A stretch of 64,000 nt of DNA, taken from Sphingobacteriales bacterium (lineage in GTDB: Bacteria; Bacteroidota; Bacteroidia; Chitinophagales; Saprospiraceae). The translations under genes were made by a program, and so were the position numbers. Positions 55,409 to 64,000 of the stretch are shown here, piece after piece (positions within the stretch are counted from its first letter, which is position 1; each line of letters begins with the position of its first letter). Below the pieces are notes generated by a model. The model was not told the origin of the DNA. It did no database searches and saw nothing but the letters and a program-made list of their open reading frames with translations. Where the stretch lies: positions 8,603-72,602 of the forward strand of contig JBELIG010000002.1 of the NCBI GenBank assembly GCA_042091035.1. Direction: 5' to 3'.

Positions 55409-55834
55409 ATGAAAATCAAGTTATTTATAATCCTCCTTATCTTAAGTTGTTCCTTTGCTTGTAAAAAGAAGCAAGATCAGAATACCAAAGACGCACCGAT
55501 AAGACAGTTACTTCAGGAAAACACACCAGTAAGCACAGTTAAATCTTGGCAGTATTTTATGGACAATAATCATTTTGACCAAGCAAAAGACATTGCAAAC
55601 GAGGAAGCAAAGGTATTTCTAAATGAAGTCAAACATTTTGTGCTTAACACTCCAGAAGATACGATCAAAAGTAAGAGTCAATTTCTAAAATTAAAGTGCA
55701 CCGAAGCTGCAGAGACAGCAATATGTTTTACGACCATTAAAGATCTAAGCTTTGATGAAACATATCTTGATACATTCCATCTAGTATATAAAGACTCAAA
55801 ATGGCTTATAGCCTTAGATGAATCATCTAAATAA
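55409..55834 (+). CDS. Hypothetical 141-aa lipoprotein
   Basis: The lipobox is 'LILSCSFACKKK'. I chose ATG 55409 because the track's start at 55373 lies inside the upstream terminator. Confidence 0.55.
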   Translation: MKIKLFIILLILSCSFACKKKQDQNTKDAPIRQLLQENTPVSTVKSWQYFMDNNHFDQAKDIANEEAKVFLNEVKHFVLNTPEDTIKSKSQFLKLKCTEAAETAICFTTIKDLSFDETYLDTFHLVYKDSKWLIALDESSK

Positions 55835-55879
55835 TTTAGGTGTCTCCAATAATGTTTAACTTGTGCAAAAAAGTAACAG

Positions 55880-56455
55880 ATGGAGATTGGTCTTTTCTTC
55901 GGTTCATTTAATCCAATACATATTGGACACCTTATTATCGCTAATAGCATTTTGGAAAATCAAAAGTTAGATGAAGTATGGTTTGTAGTAAGTCCGCATA
56001 GCCCTTTCAAGAAAAAAGCCTCATTAGCACCAGATTACGACAGGTTACATTTGGTCAACCTAGCCATTGAAAACAATCCTAGATTAAGATCTTCGAATAT
56101 TGAATTTGCACTTCCAAAGCCCTCCTATACATCGGATACACTTATCTTCCTTAGAGAAAAATTTCCTGATCACAATTTTTCATTGATCATGGGTTCTGAT
56201 AATATCAAAAGCTTCCATAAATGGAAAAATGCAGAATTTCTTGCAAAGGAATACCCTATTATAGTTTATCAAAGACCTGAAACAGAAGTTGTACCTACAG
56301 AACTTGAGCACACAAATTTAAACATCAACAAAGGTCCTCTTCTAAATATTTCAGCCTCCTTTTTAAGAGGAGAAATTAAAGCAGGAAGATCTATTCGATA
56401 TATGGTGCCGGAACCTGTATTTAAATACCTATTGGATAGTACCCTATATAAATAG
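55880..56455 (+). CDS. nadD: Nicotinate-nucleotide adenylyltransferase
   Basis: The sequence 'IGLFFGSFNPIHIGHLIIA' ((H/T)xGH motif), '..SPHSPFK' and 'ISASFLRGEIKAGRSIRYMVP' support the call. Confidence 0.9.
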   Translation: MEIGLFFGSFNPIHIGHLIIANSILENQKLDEVWFVVSPHSPFKKKASLAPDYDRLHLVNLAIENNPRLRSSNIEFALPKPSYTSDTLIFLREKFPDHNFSLIMGSDNIKSFHKWKNAEFLAKEYPIIVYQRPETEVVPTELEHTNLNINKGPLLNISASFLRGEIKAGRSIRYMVPEPVFKYLLDSTLYK

Positions 56456-56524
56456 ATTTAAAGCGACTACCTAGAACAATAGACTATCGAATATTACTTT
56501 AGTATTAGGTAAATCAATAAAAGT

Positions 56525-58849
56525 ATGAAGCGACTATTTTACATATTCCCATTGCTAGTAATTTCTATTTCTTTATTCGCACAGGACTCAGAATTGAGAA
56601 TTGGCGAATGGAAAGCAATGGTACCCTATAATGTTGGTGTATCAATTACTCAAGACAGTGAAAATGTTTTCATAGGATCAAACATTGGACTTATGATAAT
56701 AGACAAGTCCAACAAGTCAAAAACTAGATTGAGTAGAGTAGATGGCCTCAGTGACATTAATATTCAGCATAGCATCTATGATGAGCAAACTGAAAACCTT
56801 GTTCTTATTTATGAATCGCTCATAATTGACATGATTGGCCCAGAAGGTATTCGTGCTAACCTTGACCTTAAAAACTTCAATTTCACACAAGGTGTCAAAA
56901 TTGTTAATGCTGTTAGCTTAGATGGGGCAGGTGGGGTTTTGATCGCTGGTAACTTCGGGCTTACACGATTTGATATTGCAAATGAAGAATTCTCGTTTAC
57001 CGCAAGGAAGTTAGGCATAAATATATATAGTGCTTGTACTTTCAATAGTCAGATCTACATTGCAACTAATGAGGGTATATTCTTTTCTCCTGAAGACAAT
57101 CCTAACATAGACAATATTGATACATGGACCTTTCTCGATAGTGATGAACTGCCTGCTGCCTATGAATCATATGCCCTTAACAGCCATGCAGGGAAGCTTT
57201 ACCTAGGAATCAATAAAGCAGTATACAGCTATGATGAAAACACCTTTGAAAAAGAGTTAGAGGACGAAAGCTTTCTGCCTATTTATATCAACAGTGCTTA
57301 TGACAAACTAATTGTAGCTTATGGATGCGCTGATCAATTCTGTCAAGCACCACTATATCTCCAAACAGACACAGAATCCTTTAGAGATATTAAGATGGGG
57401 TCTGAAACTTGTTTTGGTCAGAACAGAAATGCTATAGCTGATGCAGCTGGAAATATTTGGCTGAGTGATAATTTTAGACCGCTTCGATACCTTGAACCCG
57501 ATATAGATGGAAACTATTCCTGTAAATTCATTTTTTCAAATGATATATTGGACAAGGGAGTATTTGATCTTGAACTCAACGGAGAAGAAATATGGATTGC
57601 ACCAGGAGGATATGGAGTAAACTATGATTATCTATTCAACTTTAGTGGACTACTAGGCTATGTAGATGGTACTTGGGGACAATATTTCTCCAATAGATAT
57701 GATAATCTAGATGGATTGGCAGACATAAGTTCAGTGGAAGTGCATCCCATAACGAATGATATATATTTTGGATCATATTTAGATGGATTAGTACATTTTG
57801 ATCGCCAAGCAGACGAGATGAACATATTCAATGATGCTAATTCAAGTCTTGGAAATATCCCCGGAGATCCAACTAGAACAAGAATTGCAGACTTAAGCTT
57901 TGATGATGACCTAAACTTATGGGTTTCTAATTATGGAGCTAACAATCCTGTTTCTGTTTTGACCGCTAGTGGTGAATGGCAAAACTTTTTATTTCCAAGT
58001 AAACAGTTGCTTTCTATGACCATCGATCAAAATGGTTACAAGTGGTTTGTTATTGGAGGGAGCAGTAATGGAGTATTGGTCTATGATTCTGGCGAAGATC
58101 CATTAAGTACATCAGATGATAGATCATGGACAATAAACACCAACAACAGTAATCTACCAACAAATTCAGTAAACTGTATCTCTGTTGATAAGGATGGTGA
58201 TGTTTGGGTAGGAACACAGGAAGGTCCTATTGTTTTTGACTGTGCATCAAATATTTTTGAAGAATCCGGTTGTCAGGGTTCACTTAGGATCGGAGAAACA
58301 GACAATATTGGCGCTTATCTACTCGAGACTGAAAACATAAATTGCATAGGAATAGATGGAGCAAATCGTAAATGGTTCGGAACTGACAACGGAATTTTTG
58401 TTCAATCAGAATCCGGCGAAAACCAAGTATTAAGACTAGACATTGATAATAGCCCTCTCTTTTCAAACAGTATAAAGCTCATAAAATTTGACTCCCTAAA
58501 TGGAGAAGCATACATCGGAACCAGTGAAGGCATATTGATTATTCGTGGCGAAGCAGTAGATGGAGGAGAATTCCACAGTGAAGTCGAAGTGTTTCCAAAC
58601 CCTGTTAGACCAGACTATGATGGTCCCATTGCCATACGAGGAGTATCCGAAAATAGCAGAATAAAAATAACAACCGTTGATGGTAAATTAGTACACGAAA
58701 CCATTGCCCTGGGTGGACAAGCTGTCTGGGATGGCAGAGATCTTAAAGGAAGAAAACCAGAGACTGGTGTTTACCTAATCTTTGTAAGCTCAGATGAGAA
58801 CTTTGACAAACCTAGAACTACGACAGGGAAATTATTAATCGTTCGTTAA
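56525..58849 (+). CDS. Two-beta-propeller protein with a C-terminal sorting domain; PorZ-like T9SS component candidate
   Basis: It has a signal peptide. The start 'IGEWKAMVPYNVGVSITQDSENVFIGSNIGLMIID...RVDGLSD' and the repeated 'W.GT..G' propeller blades resemble two-component-regulator propellers. The CTD reads 'VEVFPNPVRPDYDGPIAIRGV...GVYLIFVSS...GKLLIVR'. At 774 aa it is close to P. gingivalis PorZ (776 aa). Confidence 0.55.
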   Translation: MKRLFYIFPLLVISISLFAQDSELRIGEWKAMVPYNVGVSITQDSENVFIGSNIGLMIIDKSNKSKTRLSRVDGLSDINIQHSIYDEQTENLVLIYESLIIDMIGPEGIRANLDLKNFNFTQGVKIVNAVSLDGAGGVLIAGNFGLTRFDIANEEFSFTARKLGINIYSACTFNSQIYIATNEGIFFSPEDNPNIDNIDTWTFLDSDELPAAYESYALNSHAGKLYLGINKAVYSYDENTFEKELEDESFLPIYINSAYDKLIVAYGCADQFCQAPLYLQTDTESFRDIKMGSETCFGQNRNAIADAAGNIWLSDNFRPLRYLEPDIDGNYSCKFIFSNDILDKGVFDLELNGEEIWIAPGGYGVNYDYLFNFSGLLGYVDGTWGQYFSNRYDNLDGLADISSVEVHPITNDIYFGSYLDGLVHFDRQADEMNIFNDANSSLGNIPGDPTRTRIADLSFDDDLNLWVSNYGANNPVSVLTASGEWQNFLFPSKQLLSMTIDQNGYKWFVIGGSSNGVLVYDSGEDPLSTSDDRSWTINTNNSNLPTNSVNCISVDKDGDVWVGTQEGPIVFDCASNIFEESGCQGSLRIGETDNIGAYLLETENINCIGIDGANRKWFGTDNGIFVQSESGENQVLRLDIDNSPLFSNSIKLIKFDSLNGEAYIGTSEGILIIRGEAVDGGEFHSEVEVFPNPVRPDYDGPIAIRGVSENSRIKITTVDGKLVHETIALGGQAVWDGRDLKGRKPETGVYLIFVSSDENFDKPRTTTGKLLIVR

Positions 58850-58852
58850 GTA

Positions 58853-59995
58853 TTAAGCATAAACTGTAGTTCGAATTATTTCCGCATAATAATCTTCATA
58901 CTGAGGAAGAATATAGTCAATCGAAAATCGCTCAGCCTGCGTTAAGGCAGCCTTTCGAAATTTGGTTAACTCTTCCTCAGACTTCAAGATAGATAGGGCA
59001 TTTTTCGCCATTGCTTCTATATCTCCAACTGAAGAAATATAACCTGTAACACCATCAATATTAACCTCAGGGATACCGCCTACATTCGAAGAAATAACAG
59101 GTACCTGACATGCCATTGCTTCAAGTGCTGCTAGACCAAAACTTTCATTTTCGGAAGGCATAACAAATATATCTGAAATCGCTAATAGCTCCTCTACAGC
59201 TTCTTGCTTACCAAGAAAACGAATCTTATCACAAAGACCCATTTCGCGACATAATGCTTCCATTTTATATCGGTCAGGACCATCACCAATCATGAGTAAA
59301 GTTGCTGAAATCTCTTTCTCTACAAGCGCAAACATTTTAATCACATCATCCACCCGTTTTACTTTTCGGAAGTTGGACACATGAATAAATATTCGTTCTC
59401 CATTTGGCGCTATTGCCTGTTTGAAATGTTCTTTATTCTGCCTTGAGAATCTGTTTAAATCTATAAAATTATGAATAACTTTGATATCATTAGAAATATC
59501 AAAAGCCTCCAAGGTTTGTTTTTTAAGAGCATGAGACACTGCTGTTACACCATCAGACTTGTCAATTGAAAAACTAACTACAGGGGCCATTGCTGGATCT
59601 CGCCCGACCAAGGTAATATCTGTACCATGCAAGGTTGTAACTACTGGTATATACTTTCCTTTTTGAAGAAGAATCTTTTTTGCCATATAGGCCACAGAGG
59701 CGTGTGGTACAGCGTAATGAACGTGCAGTACATCCAAGTCTTCATGAAGAACTACATCCACCATTTTACTCGCTAAAGCAGTCTCATAAGGTGCATATTC
59801 AAAGAGTGGATAATTAAGGTCACTAACCTCATGATAGAATACATTTTCTTGAAATGCAGTTAATCTAAAAGGTGTTCTATATGTAATGAAATGAACTTCA
59901 TGTCCTTTCTTCGCAAGTCCAAGGCCTAATTCAGTAGCTAACACTCCTGATCCTCCAAAGGTTGGATAACAAACTATTCCAATCTTCATACCCAT
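58853..59995 (-). CDS. bshA: N-acetyl-alpha-D-glucosaminyl L-malate synthase (bacillithiol biosynthesis glycosyltransferase)
   Basis: The sequence 'KIGIVCYPTFGGSGVLATELGLGLAKKGHEVHFI' and the GT4 C-terminal 'PSENESFGLAALEAMACQVPVISSNVGGIPEV' support the call. Confidence 0.8.
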   Translation of the reverse strand: MGMKIGIVCYPTFGGSGVLATELGLGLAKKGHEVHFITYRTPFRLTAFQENVFYHEVSDLNYPLFEYAPYETALASKMVDVVLHEDLDVLHVHYAVPHASVAYMAKKILLQKGKYIPVVTTLHGTDITLVGRDPAMAPVVSFSIDKSDGVTAVSHALKKQTLEAFDISNDIKVIHNFIDLNRFSRQNKEHFKQAIAPNGERIFIHVSNFRKVKRVDDVIKMFALVEKEISATLLMIGDGPDRYKMEALCREMGLCDKIRFLGKQEAVEELLAISDIFVMPSENESFGLAALEAMACQVPVISSNVGGIPEVNIDGVTGYISSVGDIEAMAKNALSILKSEEELTKFRKAALTQAERFSIDYILPQYEDYYAEIIRTTVYA

Positions 59996-60053
59996 ACATT
60001 TTTGTTATTGTCTGAACAGACAAATTTCAATCCAAGTTAATTAATCTTAAAGA

Positions 60054-60081
60054 CAAAAAAAGCCACAACAATGTTGCGGCT
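60054..60081 (-). terminator. Rho-independent terminator (minus strand) after the 870-aa gene
   Basis: The minus-strand RNA is GCCGCAACattGTTGTGGC (8-bp stem with one G-U pair), followed by an 8-nt U-run. Confidence 0.7.
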
Positions 60082-60101
60082 TTAATTATAAATAGAAATT
60101 A

Positions 60102-62714
60102 TTATTTATTCAAAATTATTCGCTTAGTCATTATTGATTGATCAGAATAAGCTCTTAAAAAGTACATTCCAGAAGCATATCCACTCATATCTAACGATTC
60201 AGACCAATCGAGAACATTTTCAGCTCTGATGCTGCGAATCACACGTCCTAGATTATCTAAAAGCTCAATATTTAAATCCTCTTGTTCTACCAATTCTATA
60301 TTGATAAAGATTTGTCCTGAAGTTGGATTTGGCATCACATCAAATACATTGAAAGCAATATCCTCCTCTTCAGTACTTACAGGAATTTCATTCACCGTAA
60401 AGACAAATGATTCTGAACAACCATTTGCATCAACAATAGCAAGATCATAAAATCCAGCTCCAATATTATCCAATACTGGTGTATTATTTATTGGATCTGC
60501 ACTCCAGATATAAGTGAATGGTTCTTGACCAAACAATGGAGTAGAAGTAGTTATTGTAGCGTTTTCTGCATTTGCATATGTCTCCCCAACTACCGAAGTA
60601 TATATTCCAAGACCTGGAGGACATCCTACAATATTCACATTATCAATATCAAGCCAATAATCTGCAACTGACCATTCGGCAAAAAACTTCACATTTATAG
60701 CTTCTCCAACAAAGTCATCTAGTGGAATTTCAACAAGAGCAAACTCAGCACTCGGATCATGATTACTTCCGTCAATTACATAGATTGTTTCATAAGTCTG
60801 ACCACAATCGGTTGAGATTTGAACATTCAATTTATTATCCGTAATGTCAAAACCAGTTGTACCAGCAGACCAGAAGGTATATCGATAATCAAATGACAAG
60901 ACTGCACCTTCTTCAGATATAACATATCTGTCAGTTGTCAGGTCAGCCAAAGAACTGAACGAACTCCACAAGTTTACCCCCCAACAAGCCGAAGAGTTAT
61001 TGTGTGCTCCTTCTGGAAAGAATCCAAATGTGCTGCTTGTTGTCCATCCATCAGGAAGAGCAATCAATTCAAAATCTTCCTTCAGAGGGAGGTAATTAGC
61101 TGTTTTAACAAGCACTTCAAAACTATCATTTACTGTATTAAGATCCTCCTCAAGCTCTGTCCATGCTCTGATATAATAAGTCCCCGGAAGAGAGAAATCA
61201 TAAGGCTCATCAAATACAAAACCATCATTGAAACCATAACCAATAACTCCAGTGTAGAAACCATCGAATGGAATTTCAATATCTGCAACTTCACCATTCA
61301 CAGCATATTTAACTGGGATAAGTGACTGCGGGTTTTGACCATAATTCTTAAGTTCAACCATAATTCCGTTACCAACTTCGATTTCACAATCCACCTCACT
61401 CGGGTCAAAGAAATCAGAAACACCAACATCAATATAATAACTGGTCTTGAACATAATTGGTCCGTATGTCGTTCCTACATCTCCATCTGCACAATAATAT
61501 GTCAGATATGCAGAGTAGTAAGTATTCTCTTGTAATCCATTTACCTCAGCGTCTAGCGTCGAACTATCGTAAGTGAATAAGTTTCCTGTTCCTCGTACAA
61601 AGGCAATCTCACCGATTTCGAGTTCAAAACTCCCCGCTTCCTGCGGCTCATTCCAAGAGAAAATAGCGTAGTCTGCTAAGGCAAAATCTAAATTAAATTC
61701 CGTTGCTCCCAAACAATTAGGGCAAGCTATAAAACTAAATATATTTTCTCCTTGTGGTGGATTAGGTCCATTCTCAAGAATCACATTACCATCCTGATCA
61801 GAAAGCACATAAGTAACTTCACTTTCCCAAGAACCGCCTACGTAGGAAACATTAACTACAGAATTGCCTGATAATGTAATATTAAAACTAGCACTTGAGC
61901 CAGTAGTAATTGTGTAATCTGTAGCTTCTCCATTTACCTCTAAAGTCAGTATAGCCCCATTCCATCCATCACCAAAAGAGTCAAATAAATCAAGAGTGAA
62001 GTCACATGAACCACCTCCAGAACTTGGATCAAATTCCGTCTGAAAAAACGCTGGACCTACTTGATCCGACAGCGTGAATTCATCTCCACAATCACTAGTA
62101 ACATAAAACTCATAATTAAGCCCAGGGTTTACAGGAGCTATTCCAATAGAATTAGTAATTGTACTTACTACAGCACCCTGTCCTAATGGAAAGCCAACAG
62201 GACCATATTCAATGTTATACGAGTCCGAACCATTATCGGTCCATTGAATGAAAACACTATCAATAAATGCAGTGCTTACAACGGTAGAAAGATCTATATC
62301 TTGACAAGAACAGTCAGCCAAATCGCTATAAAGTATTCCATAATCTGGATTAAATCCACTAGCGAAAACCTCTCCACCAAAATGATTATATAATTTAAAT
62401 GAGCCATCAATATTGGCAGAACCGCCTTCTAGATATTCTATTGTTAATGGTTCACCATCGTATACCACTACATCAAATGAAATTGTATCACCCTCTTCTA
62501 ATGTTACATTCAATGAATTGTTTCCAGAAGTAATAGTGACTGAATTAGAGTTCCATCCATTACTAAGTGAATCATAAAGATCAAGGGTATAGATACAAGA
62601 ATCAGTGCTTATAACTAATTCTGAACCTTCAGCATGCAATGGGGATGCTCCAACAAAAAGAAAGGAGCTTAGAAAAATGAGTAAATAACTTTTCATATAG
62701 AAAAAACGATTCAT
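60102..62714 (-). CDS. 870-aa multidomain T9SS cargo protein: duplicated N-terminal 'D.FGDGWNG' modules, FN3-like, MAM/jelly-roll-like and SprB-type repeat domains, and a type-A CTD
   Basis: It has a signal peptide. The duplicated modules read 'CIYTLDLYDSLSNGWNSNSVTI' and 'CDFTLDLFDSFGDGWNGAILTL'. The FN3-like region reads 'YNIEYGPVGFPLGQG'. The SprB-like repeat reads 'GQEPFTYIWS...LDNIGAGFYDLAIVDANGC'. The CTD reads 'FDVMPNPTSGQIFINIEL...GMYFLRAYSDQSIMTKRIILNK'. Confidence 0.8.
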   Translation of the reverse strand: MNRFFYMKSYLLIFLSSFLFVGASPLHAEGSELVISTDSCIYTLDLYDSLSNGWNSNSVTITSGNNSLNVTLEEGDTISFDVVVYDGEPLTIEYLEGGSANIDGSFKLYNHFGGEVFASGFNPDYGILYSDLADCSCQDIDLSTVVSTAFIDSVFIQWTDNGSDSYNIEYGPVGFPLGQGAVVSTITNSIGIAPVNPGLNYEFYVTSDCGDEFTLSDQVGPAFFQTEFDPSSGGGSCDFTLDLFDSFGDGWNGAILTLEVNGEATDYTITTGSSASFNITLSGNSVVNVSYVGGSWESEVTYVLSDQDGNVILENGPNPPQGENIFSFIACPNCLGATEFNLDFALADYAIFSWNEPQEAGSFELEIGEIAFVRGTGNLFTYDSSTLDAEVNGLQENTYYSAYLTYYCADGDVGTTYGPIMFKTSYYIDVGVSDFFDPSEVDCEIEVGNGIMVELKNYGQNPQSLIPVKYAVNGEVADIEIPFDGFYTGVIGYGFNDGFVFDEPYDFSLPGTYYIRAWTELEEDLNTVNDSFEVLVKTANYLPLKEDFELIALPDGWTTSSTFGFFPEGAHNNSSACWGVNLWSSFSSLADLTTDRYVISEEGAVLSFDYRYTFWSAGTTGFDITDNKLNVQISTDCGQTYETIYVIDGSNHDPSAEFALVEIPLDDFVGEAINVKFFAEWSVADYWLDIDNVNIVGCPPGLGIYTSVVGETYANAENATITTSTPLFGQEPFTYIWSADPINNTPVLDNIGAGFYDLAIVDANGCSESFVFTVNEIPVSTEEEDIAFNVFDVMPNPTSGQIFINIELVEQEDLNIELLDNLGRVIRSIRAENVLDWSESLDMSGYASGMYFLRAYSDQSIMTKRIILNK

Positions 62715-62981
62715 AATGTGAAGTTTTGCCTTTGGCTGTTGATTTTCAAAACAGTAAAATACTTATTATAACAATGTCGGTATTTTTTTTGTCTTTTTTG
62801 AAGATTAACAATCTATTGTTTTATTTTAAAAAAAACACAAATCCCCTAAGTATTTATACGTTTTTGTCAATTTTTGATAAATTTCTTACTGCATTTTCAT
62901 GCCAAAATCTTTCTTTAAAGATTATGGTTTTGGCTTAATATTCTTTACTTTAAATGGAACTCTTACTAACTACATTGAAAC

Positions 62982-64000
62982 ATGCAGGCTCAACGATATT
63001 TCGATATCCTAACCTATCAGAATCAGTTTTTTCCTAACAAAAGGGCCCTAGGGCACCTTAAAGCTGGAAAAAAAATCAACTTTTCATCACAAGAAATTGC
63101 GATGTATGTTGGTAACATGGCATGTAATCTTATAGATAAAGGTCTAAAGAAAGGAGATTATGTTTGCCTATTTGGTCCAACAACAGATGTATGGTGGGTG
63201 CTAGCCGAACTTGCAATATCATCAGCTGGCGGTGTAGTTGTTCCTATTGAAATCACAAATGAAAACCTTGTTGAAACGATAAACCTATTAAGAGATACTC
63301 AATCAAAGTTCTGTTTCACATTTGCTCAAGAAATTCAATTCTACATTCAAGACTTTGAAGAACAGATAAGTGCACTAAAAGGAATATTCAACTTTGACAA
63401 GCAATTCGTAACTATTGAAAAACATGCCCTCTTTAACAATCCAAGTCCAGAATCTCAAATAACGCTGGAAACAATGAAGGGTGTCATTCATGAAGATGAT
63501 CTTGCCTTCCTTCTCTACACTAGAGGAACGACAGCTAAACCTAAGGGCATACTTCTTTCGCACAAGAATATCCTTGAGAATGCTCAAGCTATGCTCAAAT
63601 TGAGTCCTCTCAATTGTGATCACAGACATCTGTCAATAACGCATATCTCGCACTCATTTGAACGGGTTGTGCTTTCAGCAGTTATGCTTAGCGGTGCAAG
63701 TAGCTTTTTCCAAAGTGGAGTTGAAAATTTTTATTTCGCGACTAAGCGCATCAAACCGCATTTTCTTAGCATGTCTACTGAAGATTGTCTTTTGTTCCTT
63801 GAAAAACTTACAGACGAATCGAAAAAGGGAAAGGAATCTAGTCCAGCCTTAGAAATGGTCATGCGCATTTGTAAAAAAAATCTAGAAACCTTCACTGTAG
63901 GTTTTTGGGATTGGATAATAATTAAATTCATTGATCTTACCTTATTCAAAGCCTGGCGAAAAAAGCTTGGAAACAAGCTACAAGCTATTTATGTCATAGG
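62982..64000 (+). CDS. AMP-dependent synthetase/ligase (long-chain acyl-CoA synthetase-like), 3'-truncated by the window edge
   Basis: The ORF is open from ATG 62982 to the window end and is not in the supplied track. The AMP-binding motif 'LLYTRGTTAKPKGILLSH' is encoded around nt 63516-63548, and 'ITHISHSFER' follows. Confidence 0.75.
   Translation, partial: MQAQRYFDILTYQNQFFPNKRALGHLKAGKKINFSSQEIAMYVGNMACNLIDKGLKKGDYVCLFGPTTDVWWVLAELAISSAGGVVVPIEITNENLVETINLLRDTQSKFCFTFAQEIQFYIQDFEEQISALKGIFNFDKQFVTIEKHALFNNPSPESQITLETMKGVIHEDDLAFLLYTRGTTAKPKGILLSHKNILENAQAMLKLSPLNCDHRHLSITHISHSFERVVLSAVMLSGASSFFQSGVENFYFATKRIKPHFLSMSTEDCLLFLEKLTDESKKGKESSPALEMVMRICKKNLETFTVGFWDWIIIKFIDLTLFKAWRKKLGNKLQAIYVI

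Noticed and set aside
63375-63976. Two minus-strand ORFs (84 and 81 aa) and a 64-aa plus-strand ORF near the window end.
   Set aside because: They lie inside or antisense to the long open acyl-CoA-ligase frame (62982 to the window end), which carries a recognisable AMP-binding motif.
1-64000. Search of the whole window for tRNA/rRNA genes, CRISPR arrays, IS/transposase/integrase genes, prophage or known defence systems.
   Set aside because: No repeat-spacer periodicity was found. No intergenic region has a tRNA-like acceptor/T-arm structure, and the only 'GTTCGAATC' strings lie in AT-rich promoter DNA or inside crtI. No ORF carries DDE, tyrosine-recombinase, nuclease or NTPase defence motifs. 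All gaps longer than 150 nt look like promoter or terminator DNA.

Overview
This is an AT-rich, densely packed chromosomal segment from a Bacteroidota genome that looks Flavobacteriia- or Cytophagia-like. The phylum call rests on several proteins with type IX secretion (T9SS) C-terminal sorting domains, GldB/GldH-like lipoproteins, PorV/PorQ-, PorZ- and PorP/SprF-like genes, bshA, TAnnTTTG-type -7 promoter boxes, and many A-run/hairpin/T-run terminators. I call about 53 protein genes, and most are housekeeping. They include a carotenoid operon (crtI-crtB-orf-crtZ) behind a B12-type MerR regulator; membrane pyrophosphatase hppA; a DtxR/MntR-type repressor with a metal ABC importer; and an ECF sigma/anti-sigma/DUF4097-like operon. 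Also present are a HEAT-cyclophilin fusion, gcvT, a SerA-like dehydrogenase, a Nudix hydrolase, pyrD, nadC, greA, a HIT protein, carB, a quinone oxidoreductase, grpE-dnaJ-gldH, folA, mrdA-mreDCB, an M16 peptidase homologue, dnaN, nadD, bshA and a 3'-truncated acyl-CoA ligase. I found no rRNA, tRNA, CRISPR array, transposase, integrase, phage gene or recognisable defence gene, and nothing that looks horizontally acquired. The best candidate for an undescribed system is the three-gene outer-membrane operon at 26135-34890. It encodes a 1204-aa CarboxypepD_reg/plug/giant-barrel TonB-dependent-receptor-like protein, a 1338-aa protein with no recognisable catalytic motif but a T9SS C-terminal domain (CTD), and a PorV/PorQ-family barrel. 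Secondary candidates are a PorP/SprF-like barrel paired with a 514-aa lipoprotein (10481-13357), a tandem pair of Cys-containing small lipoprotein paralogues next to dnaN, a permease-less metal ABC operon, and a 14-bp perfect palindrome directly upstream of crtI. All functional calls come from reading motifs in the supplied translations. No database searches were run.
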